A DNA stretch of 64,000 nt from Mobula hypostoma (Eukaryota): the NCBI RefSeq assembly GCF_963921235.1, contig NC_086106.1, positions 17,422,001 through 17,486,000 on the forward strand, given 5' to 3'. Within the stretch, counting starts at the first letter, position 1; each line of letters opens with the position of its first letter. The notes under the pieces are model-generated. The model did no database searches. It worked only from the letters and a program-made list of their open reading frames with translations, and was not told the DNA's origin. The position numbers and the translations under genes are program-made. Shown here piece by piece: positions 11,615 to 21,384 of the stretch.

Positions 11615-12391
11615 AGGGTTTTTCTGAATGGACAGCATGTAGGGATCTCCACTATGTCTGAGTGGTTGCCCTGAACGTGCTTCACCCCGGATCTGCTGCC
11701 AGTAAATTCACCACCTCTCCACTCATTCTGTTCTGGGACCCCTGCTTTTGGAGATTTTTTTTTATACAAGGCTTGGATAAGGAAGGAGAAATGTGGGCTT
11801 GTAGCTTTGCAGGTGACACACGTGTTGGTGTTGTGGACGGTGTAGAAGATCGTTGTAGGTCGTTGATAAGATGCAGAGCTGGGCTGAGAGATGGCAGATG
11901 AAGATTAAGACAGAAAAATGCAAAGCAATGCGGTGTGCACGGTCGAATCTGAAGACAGAGGACAGGGTTAAACACAGGATCATTAGCAGGGAAGCAGCAA
12001 AGGGGTCTTGGCTCTACATTCAGAGATCCCCTACAGTTGCCGTGTAAGTTGATCGGCTGACTACGAATAGTGCTTTAGCCTTCATTGGTCAGAGGATTTA
12101 TTTCAGGATCAGCAAAGTTGCATTGCAGCTCGATAAAACTCCCCTTAGACCATGCTTGGAGTATCTTGGGTACAGCTCCTGCTGCCTCATTATAGGAAAG
12201 ATTAAGAGAGAGGGTGCGAGGTTCATGCTGCTGGGTGTTCTAGGAGACGTGCCACACACATGGTGTGTTGTGTTCGTTGGTGGAGGGTGATGTGCTTTGC
12301 CTTACTGAAGTCAAGAGAGTTCCAGACGGAGGCAGCGCCAGTGGGGAAAGGTGTGTGAAAGACCGATACGTTGGGGATATTTAAGAGACTC
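11615..12391 (+). repeat. Duplicated block, copy 2
   Basis: Near-identical to 2630-3403. Confidence 0.9.
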
Positions 12392-12469
12392 ATGTGTCTA
12401 CTCCTGCTCCTATTTCTGATGTTAACTCCCGGCGCATGGCTGCTGATCGACAGCCACTTTCGCCAATCA

Positions 12470-12732
12470 GGGCAATGGACAATAGGTGCAGGAGTAGGCC
12501 ATTCGGCCCTTCGAGCCAGCACCACCATTCACTGTGATCATGGCTGATCATCCACAATCAGTATCCAGTTCCTGCCTTATCCCCATAACCTTTGGTTCCG
12601 CTATCTTTATCCATCTCTTTTTTGAAAGCAACCAGAGACTTGGCCTCCACAGCCTTCTGGGGCACAGCATTCCATATATTCACCACTCTCCGGGTGAAAA
12701 AGTTTTTCCTCAACTCCGTTCTAAACAGCCTA
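12470..12732 (-). mobile_element. CR1 LINE 3' tail
   Basis: FRTELRKNFFTRRVVNIWNAVPQKAVEA; an inverted sister copy lies at 57130-57440. Confidence 0.8.
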
Positions 12733-13455
12733 CCACCTGTACGACTCAGCCTATTCCTCTTTTGCACGACTTATCTTCATTCTAAGCGATGGCAATGTCT
12801 GTCTTGCACCGCACGACTGCCCCAAGTAATCAAATTCTTGCCATACAGCATGCCAGTGACGGTAAATCTAACTCTGAAGCTGGCATCAGTCACCTGATTC
12901 AGATGCCTGAACCAGTCACTGTTTTCAGATTCTTTCCACCCTCTCGGTGCTGCCGAAATCTAAAGCGTTTAAATGCATCTCTCCCATCTAAACGAGGCCA
13001 TCGTCCCTCACCCAGGGCTCCATGCCACGTTTTCGCAACTCCCATCGGGCACTGGGTACAGAAGCCTCGAGGCACAAAGCACCAGCTTCAGAAACCGCTA
13101 CTTCCCTTCAATCATCCGGCGACAGAACCAACCACCAACAACTGTACCAGAAAAGTGTGCAGCACACAAGTTTAGATTTTGTTTTGCTCCACAACACCCC
13201 CCCCCCCTCGCCAACCCTTTAGTTTTACAATGGTAAAAAGCTGTTGGAGAGTTTGCACTTGGGAGTACTGTATACAGTTCCAACCTCACAACAAGAACAA
13301 GTTTAAGCTGGAAGATTTACTGGGGCGGGGGGGCTTGGCATCAGAAAGGGTTTGGAGAGTCTGGGACTGTTTTCCCTGGAGTGTCGGGAGGCCGAGTGGG
13401 GTGACCTGGCGGGGATTCATAAACACCAGAGAATGCAGACTCTCGAAACTTTCCG

Positions 13456-13486
<31 letters not shown>

Positions 13487-14004
13487 GCTGGAGGAACACA
13501 GCAGGTCAGGCAGCATCCGGGGTGGGGGGGGGAGGGAAATAAACAGTCGACGTTTCGAGCCAAGAAGCTTCCACGGGGCTAGAAAAGAAAGCGACAGAAG
13601 CCAAAGTGAAATGGCGTGGTCGGGGGGGGGGTTTGGGGAAGGTGAGGGGATGGGCGATGGGTTATGAAGGAGTGAGGCACGACAGTTGGAAGACGTAACG
13701 GACTGGAGGAGGAGGAACCCAAGGGGATCAGACAGCGGACCAGGGAACAAAGGGAAGGAAAGGCCCGAGGCAGGTGATGAGCCCATGAAGAGCTCAGGGG
13801 AGGAGAAGAGAAGGGGTGAGAGGGGTGAAAGTCAGAAGCGGGGGGAAGAGTGGCCCAGGAGTGTGCCAGTGGTCCGTGTGGAGGGATATTCACTACGTCT
13901 GACCACGACTGATGGATCGGGACGGGAGCTGCATTCCCGATATGTTGCCAGTAATTAACTTGCTCTCCGCTAATTCTGTTGCAATTTTTATAATGGACCA
14001 TCTG

Positions 14005-17000
14005 ATATAGGAGCAGAATCAGGCCATTTGGCCCATCGAGTCCATTTCATCATGGCTGTTCCGATATTCCTCTCAGCCCCAGTCTCCTGCTTTCTCCCCG
14101 TATCCCTTCATACCCTGACCAATCATGAATCTACCAACCTCTGCCTTAAATACACCCAACAACCTGGCCTCCAACAGCTGCCTGTGGCAACAAATTCCAC
14201 ACATTCACCACCCTCTGGATAAAGAAATTCCACCTCATCTAAAAGGACTCCCCTCCAATCTGAGGCTGTGTCCTCTGGTTTTCGACTCTCCAATCCTAGG
14301 AAGCATCCTCTCTAAATCCACTATCGAGTCTTTGCAATATTCGATAGGTTTCAATTATGTCACCCCTCGATCTTCAGATTCCAGTGAATAAAATGCCAGA
14401 ATCACTTCCACCAACTTCCTTTGAACCCTCTCCAATGTCAGCACATCCTTTCTAAGATAAGGGGCACAAAACTGCTCACAATACTCCAAGTGAGGCCTCA
14501 CCAGTGCTTTATAAAGCCTCAGCATTACATCCTTGCTTTTATATTCTAGTCCTCTTGAAATTAATGCTAACATTGCATTTGCCTTCCTCACCTCAGACTC
14601 AACCTACAAATTAACCTTCAGGGAATCCTGCACAAGGACTCCCACGTCCCTTTGTGCCTCTGTGCTTTGTATTTTCTCTCCATTTAGAAAAAGTCAACCC
14701 TTTCATTTCTTCTACCAAAGTGCACTTCCCGACACTGTATTCCATCTGACATTTCTTTGATCATTCTCCTAATCTGTCGAAATCCTTCTGTAGCCTCTCT
14801 ACTTCCTCAAAACTACCTGCCCCTCCACCTATTGTCATATTGTCTGCAAACTTTGCAACAAAACCATCAATTCCATCCTCCAAATCATTGATATATAATG
14901 TAAAAAGAACCAGTCCCAACACAGACCCCCGTGGAACACCAGCAGTCACCTGCAGCCAAACAGAAGAGGCTCCCTTTATTCCCACTCTTTACCTCCTGCC
15001 AATCAGCCACTTTATCCATGCTAGTGTCTTTCCTGTAACACCAATGGGCTCTTACCTTGTTAAGCAGCCTCATGTGCGGCACCTTGTCAAAGGCCTTCTG
15101 AAAATCCAAGTACACAAACTCAACTGATTCTCCTTTGTCTATGCTGCTTGTTATTTCTTCAAAGAATCCAACAGATTTGTCAGGCAAGATTTTCCCTTGA
15201 GAAGACCATGCTGACTTTGGCCTATTTTATCAGGTGACTCCAAGTACCCTGAGACCTCATCCTTAATAATCGACTCCAATGTCTTCCCAACCACGGAGGT
15301 CAGACCAACTGGCCTATCATTTCCTTCTTCAGCCTCTTTCCCTTCTTAAATAGCAATTCTTCCAGTCCTCCGGAACCATACAAGAAGCGTGAAAGATCAT
15401 CACTAATGCATCCATAATCTCTTCAGCCTGCTCTCTCAGGACCCTGGGCTGTAGACCATGTGGTCTAGGTGCCTTACCTACCTTCAGACCCTTCAGTTTA
15501 CACAGAAACTTCTCCCAAGAAATGACAACTTCACACACTTCTGCCCCCCGACACCTTTGAACTTCTGGTATTCTGCTGATGTCTTCCCCAGTGAAATCTG
15601 ATGCAAAAATACTTATTCAGTTGGTCCGTCATTTCCTTGTCCCCCATTACTACCTCTCCAGCATCATTTTCCAGCGGTCCAATATATATTCTTGTCTCTT
15701 TTCACTTTATGTAACCAAAGAAACTTTTGCTGGCCTCTTTATTATTAGCTAGCTTATCTTCATTTTCCATCTGTTCCTTCTTTATGACTTTTTAGTTGCC
15801 TTCTGTTGGTTTTTAGAAGCTTCCCAATAATTTTTGCTCAATTATACACCCCATCTCTTTGGCTTTGACTTCTCTTGTCAGCCATGGTTGTGTCATCTTG
15901 CCTTTAGAATACTTCTTCCTCTTTGGGATGTATCTATCCTGCACCTTCTGAATTGTCTCCAGAATTTCCAGCCACAGCTGCTCTGCCATCATCCCTGCCA
16001 GTGTTCTTTTCCAATCAATTCTGGCCAGCTGCTCTCTCATGCCTCTGTAATTCCCGTTACCCTATTGTAATACTGATAAAACTGGCTTGAGCTTCTCCTC
16101 CTCAAACTGTAGGGTGAATTCCATCATATTATGATCACTGGTCCCTGAAGATCTTTTACCTTCAGCTCTCTAATCAACTCCAGTTCATTGCACAACACCT
16201 AATCCAGAATAGCTGGTCCCCTAGCAGGCTCAACCAAGAGTTGATCTCAAAATCCATCTTGTAGGCACTGCAGAAATTTCCCCTCTTGAGATCCGGTACT
16301 AACCCAACTTTCCAAATCTACCTACATATTGAAATTCCCCATGACCATCAAAACATTGCATTTTCCATCTCATATCTTTACTAGTTGGGGGTCTGTATAC
16401 AATTCTTGTCGGGGTCTTTTTACCCTTGCAGATCCTTAGTCTATCCACAACGATTCAACACCTTCTGACCCTATGTCACCTCTTTCTAATGATTTGCTTT
16501 CTTCTTGTTTTTAAAAAACCAACAGAGCCACCCCACCCCCCTCTGCCTACTTGCCTACCCTTTTGATACAATGTGTATCCTGTCCTTCTGATACAACATG
16601 TATCCTGTCCTTTTGATACAACGTGTATCCTTGGATATCAAGCTCCCAGCTATGATCTCCTTTCAGCCATGATTCAGTGATGCCCACAATGTCACACCGG
16701 CCGACCTGTAACTATGCCTACGTTTATCTACCTTATTCCATAAACTGCACACATTCAAATACACTTTCAGTCCTGTATTCACCCATTTCAATGTTGTCCA
16801 CCTTTTACACTGCAACTCATTCCAACTTTGCCCTGTCACCAGCCTCTCCTTGCGACAAGTTGCCCTGAAATAGTGGGCAAGCCCACGGCTTGAGGCCCAG
16901 TCCTTGCTACAAACGAGGCCACGTGGCGACCCAACCACCTGTTGCACCACCAAACGTGGTTGGCGTTTGTAAACCAACCACCTTATCCTCAGCACTATAA

Positions 17001-17780
17001 CCCTGGTTCTCACCACCACCACCCCCCCAGCCAAATTTGTTTGAACCCTCCCCAACAACTCTAGCAATGCCACCCGCAATGGTTCAGGCGTAACCCGCCC
17101 CCTTTTTTTTAATATACAGGTCACACCTTCCGCAGAAGAGGTCCCAATGATCCGCAAGTCTGCACCAATTCCTCAGCCACATGTCCACCTGCCAAATCAT
17201 TCTGTTCTTACTGACGTGTGATGCAGGCAGCAACCCAGAGATTACTAACCTAGTGGACAAAAGTTCAGGGGTAACATGGGGGGAACTTCTTTACTCAGGG
17301 AGTGGTGGCTGTGTGGAACGAGCTTCCAGCAGAAGTGGTTGAAGCAGGTTCGATGTTGTCGTTTAAAGTTAAATTGGACGGCTATATGGACAGGAAAGGA
17401 ATGGAGGGTTATGGGCTGAGTGCAGGTCGGTGGGACTAGGTGAGAGTAAGAGTTCAGCACGGACTAGAAGGGCCGAGATGGCCTGTTTCCGTGCTGTAAT
17501 TGTTATATGGTTATATAGTGTTCCTGCTTTTCAACTTTCTTCCAAAGCTCCCCAAGATCTCTCTTCGGAACCTGCTCACCTTTCCCGCCTATGTCGGTGC
17601 ACCAATTTACCTGGCTGTTCACCCTCCCCTTTGAATACCATGGCCCCAATCCAAGACATCCCTGTGTCTGGCACCTGGGCAGCATACCACCCAGGTGTCC
17701 CTGTCGCACCCACAGATGGGGCTACCCAACTCCTTTCCCTCTCCTGACAGTCACCCGTTCACCCGCCTGTTTGCAACCCA
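14005..17780 (-). mobile_element. Long degenerate CR1 LINE (APE endonuclease plus RT) with nested insertions
   Basis: YLDFQKAFDKVPH, GVPRGSVLG, AKFADN, LYKALVRPHLEYC and an APE start (LNVCSLWNKVD). A + strand CR1 tail is inserted at 17250-17520. Confidence 0.85.
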
Positions 17781-19029
17781 GGGGTGATGACCCCAAAACA
17801 TGACTTGGACGGGGAAGAGGAAATGCGGGTAGCCGACACAAATACTGGTGCTTCTGTGAACAGCAGAGAAGTTTGTAGCGGATGCAACAGGGCATCGATA
17901 GGACACGGAGCTGGGCTGGGAGGTGGCGGATGGAGTTCAGACCAGGTATTTCCGGTAAGATGGCAGTGCATGTGGACGTAGCAGTCTCTCAGGGGGGCCA
18001 ACCAAAGGTGATTTTTTCCCCCCTTTGTTAAATGACTTTTTAATGATTGAAAGGTGGTACTGGACTCCAAGAACTTTGGGGCCTGCCAGTCTACCCCATC
18101 GGCGAGCTACTCATGGGTCGGAGGAGCTGGATTGGGTGCTGGAGGAACCGCCACAGGAAGGCATCCGAGTTAGTGTGTGCAGTGGAACCGTGGGGAAGTG
18201 TCTCGGACAGTTCTCTCGCGGTCGCAAGACCCCGTTGGTCAGTGATAATACAAGATACCGCAGGCCTGCTAACCGCGTTTGGTGGTGCGACAGGCGGCTG
18301 GGTCGCCGCGTGGCCTCGTCTGTAGCACGGACTGGGCCTCAAGCCGTGGGCTTGCCTACTATTGCGGTCCAGGAGCGGGGACCGCTGGAGGTGGCGTGGC
18401 ACGGCGTCCATGCTCGGGTCGGTGGCTGGCCTCTCCCGTCTTTGCTGCCCTCCAGTGTTCGATCAGTGGAACGACAAGCTGGCTGGCAGTGTGCACACCG
18501 CATGGTCAATCTGCACGACGTGTCGCTCTGGGACTTGAGAGTATGGGGGGGGTATTTTGCGTGACTGTTTTACTTTGCTTGCTACCTTGATTCATGTGCT
18601 GTCTATATTTTGCACCTTTGCCCCAGCGGTACACTGTTTCGTTTGGCTGTATTCATGTATGGTTGAATGATAATTAAACTTGGATTTGATTTGGACATTA
18701 GAGAGGCAGAAGGGATTAGGCGAGGGCACAACAATGCGGACGGAAGGGTCTGTGCTCCTGCTACTTTCTGTAACCTGTGCCTTCCTCACGTTTACCGGGA
18801 TCCCGCCTCCTTCCTCCCACAAAGTTGACTAACGGCCGGCCGGGGCACATATCCGTGATATGTGCAGTCTTCCCCCCGCCCTATTTTACACCACACCCTC
18901 CTCGGGTTTTATTCTCAGCCATTACGCCGCGGGGGTGTGCGGCCTACCCCTGTGGAATGCGGGGGAAACACAGCCTAGCAGCCGAGAGGAAATCCCGAGG
19001 AAACTCCACACCCTCGCCCGAATGATGAC

Positions 19030-19300
19030 CCTACCTTCTGGTGGGCCAAGGGTTGGGAGGACCGAGTGAAGACCTTCTCCCGCAGTCGGGACAGCCAAAA
19101 CTCCTCTAACCCGTGCGGGTCTGCCGGTGGCTCTGGAGCGGTGACCATCCCAAGGAAGCCCCTTACCGCGATGGTGGAAGGCGATGGCTTTCTCCCTGAC
19201 GTGGCCGCCCGGTGGGGCAGGAGCCGGGAGGAGTTGAAGGCCGTGCCGCAGTCGGGGCATGCGAAGCTTCGGGGCCGCTGGTTGAGGTGGGTGTGTGGTG
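19030..19300 (-). pseudogene. Decayed extra zinc fingers downstream of the unit C stop
   Basis: Out-of-frame SFACPDCGTAFNSSRLLPHR, SFGCPDCG and KVFTRSSQPLAHQK. Confidence 0.75.
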
Positions 19301-19302
19301 CG

Positions 19303-20679
19303 TCAGCAGGTACAAGGAGCGGGAGAGGGCGTCTCCTCGGCGTGAACCCGCTGGTGCGTCCGCAGGTTGTTGGAGCGGGCGAAGGCCTTGCCGCAGTTGG
19401 AGCAGGTGTAGCGCCTCTCCCCCGTGTGGGTCCGCTGGTGGGTCTGCAGCTGCGAGGACTGGGTGAAGCACTTGCCGCAGACGGGGCAGGCGAAGGGCTT
19501 CTCCCCGGTGTGGATCCGCCGGTGCGCCTGCAGGTGCGAGGAGTGGGTGAAGGCCTTGCCGCAGTCGGGGCAGGCGAAGGGCCGCTCGCCGGTGTGGGTG
19601 CGCCGGTGCACCACCAGGTGCGAGGCGTAGATGAAGGTCTTGGCGCACTCGGAGCAGGAGAAGGGCCGCTTGCCGGTGTGGATGCGCCGGTGCGCCAGCA
19701 GGTTCGAGGTGTGCGCAAAAGCCTTGTCACACTCGGGGCAGGCGAACCTCTTCACCCTGGTGTGCACCCGGCGGTGGGCCTGCAGGTTGGAGTACCGGGC
19801 GAAGGCCTTCCCGCAGACGGCGCAGGAGAAGGGCCTCTCCCCGGCGTGGATCACATGGTGCTGCTTCAGGTTCAGGGGGCTCTTGAAGGCCTTGCCGCAG
19901 TCGGGGCAGGGGAAGGGCCGCTCCTCGGTGTGGACCTGCCGGTGCTGCAATAAGATGGAAGCCCTGCTAAACCTCTTCCCGCAGTCGGGGCAGGCGTAGG
20001 GCCTCTCCCCCGTGTGGATCCGCCGATGGGCCCTGAGTTGCGACAACCGGGCGAAGTCCTTCCCACATACGGGGCAGACGAAGGGCTTCTCCCCAGTGTG
20101 GACCCTCTGGTGCTCCAGCAAGTCAGAGGACCTGAAGAAGGCCTTTCCGCAGTCGGGGCATGAGAAGGGCCGCTCGGCGGTGTGGGTGCGCCGGTGCCTG
20201 TGCAGGTGCGACGAGTGGCCGAAGGTCTTGTCGCATTCGGGGCAGGAGAAGGGCCGCTCGCCGGTGTGGGTGCGTCGGTGCCTTTGCAGCTGCGAGGAGT
20301 GGCTGAAGGCTTTACCGCAGTCAATGCAGGAGAAGGGCGGCTCGCCGGTATGGGTGCGCCGGTGCGCCTGCAGGAGCGAGCAGTTTGCGAAGACCTTGCC
20401 GCAGTCGGTGCATATGAAGCTTCTCTCGCCGGTGTGGATCCGCTGGTGCCGCGATCGCTGCGAGCCGCTCTTGAAAGCCTTACCGCAGTCGGCGCATATG
20501 AAGGGCCGTGCGTCGGTGTGGACCAGCCAGTGGCGGCGCAGCTTGGACTGGTTAGCGAACGCCTTCCCGCATAGCGTGCAGGGCAACTGGCCCTCCCGGG
20601 CAGGTGCGATCCACTGTACAGCCTCGCCGCCCTCGAAGGCAGGTCTGACTACAGGGACGTCGTCAGGCTTTTCTCCCAT
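19303..20679 (-). CDS. C2H2 zinc-finger protein, 458 aa, 15 tandem fingers, no KRAB/BTB/SCAN (unit C)
   Basis: 15 x CxxC-x12-HxxxH with TGERPF-type linkers; 33-aa leader; in-frame upstream stop. Confidence 0.93.
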   Translation of the reverse strand: MGEKPDDVPVVRPAFEGGEAVQWIAPAREGQLPCTLCGKAFANQSKLRRHWLVHTDARPFICADCGKAFKSGSQRSRHQRIHTGERSFICTDCGKVFANCSLLQAHRRTHTGEPPFSCIDCGKAFSHSSQLQRHRRTHTGERPFSCPECDKTFGHSSHLHRHRRTHTAERPFSCPDCGKAFFRSSDLLEHQRVHTGEKPFVCPVCGKDFARLSQLRAHRRIHTGERPYACPDCGKRFSRASILLQHRQVHTEERPFPCPDCGKAFKSPLNLKQHHVIHAGERPFSCAVCGKAFARYSNLQAHRRVHTRVKRFACPECDKAFAHTSNLLAHRRIHTGKRPFSCSECAKTFIYASHLVVHRRTHTGERPFACPDCGKAFTHSSHLQAHRRIHTGEKPFACPVCGKCFTQSSQLQTHQRTHTGERRYTCSNCGKAFARSNNLRTHQRVHAEETPSPAPCTC

Positions 20680-20839
20680 CAGGCGGTGGCCGCTGTCAAG
20701 TCACTCTGCAAGATCTCAGTGTGAGTGTTTGGCTTCAACTCTCTCTGTCCCAACGCTGGTGTGGCGATGGTCGTACAAAGGGAGTCTATCTCAGCAAAAT
20801 CCCAGATAGCCAAAAGGACAAACAGCGCAGGCTGTGACG

Positions 20840-21290
20840 AAAAGTTTGGGTTTCTGCAGCAGGCGGATGGCGGATTCTCATCCCACAAGTCATCGGGGCA
20901 TGAGAAACCGCTCTATCTGATCAGCCAGCGCCCTCCGAGCCACGTAACGTAGGTTGATCCGATGCCACTGCGCATGCTCGGCTGTCTGGGCGCACGTCCG
21001 CCCGAGGTCGCCCGCTCCGGCGCGTGCTCGGCCGACGGCACTCGGGTGCAGGCAGCCGCCCCCGGCGGCGGGGCGGGATCGCGGGAGAATCCGGTGCGAA
21101 GCGCCGAGCAGCTGGGCCGCGGCACTGGGAAATAGGCGCCGCCGCTGCCCGTTGGCCCGAGCGGCCGCCCACGTGACCCGAGCGCCCGTCCCACCCCCGT
21201 GACGTCTCCATAGCTCCTGATTGGCAGCTTGCCGTCTGCCCAATGGGGTGGCCGAGGGGGCGTAACCAGGACCGAGGGGACCCATTGCCG
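20840..21290 (-). promoter_or_regulatory. Promoter module, unit C
   Basis: Reverse strand carries CCAATCAG, ACGTCAC, GGTCACGTG, GGCCAACGGGC, GAGCATGCGCAGT, GCTGATCAGATAGAGC, TTGTGGGA and CCGCCATC. Confidence 0.78.
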
Positions 21291-21384
21291 AGATACGGTG
21301 AAAGTGGGCTTTAAAATCATTACCCGCGGCACTGAGGGCATGAGGGTCGATTAGAACCCTGTTTGAACCTGGGGGCATATTCTT

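Noticed and set aside
18845-18865. Hairpin GCACATATC-CGT-GATATGTGC downstream of C
   Set aside because: A single 9-bp stem can occur by chance in 64 kb and is not seen in the paralogs.
19066-20809. Long antisense and alternate-frame ORFs over the ZNF exons (also at 35942-36782, 47588-48221, 63642-63998)
   Set aside because: Expected shadows of GC3-rich repetitive finger codons.
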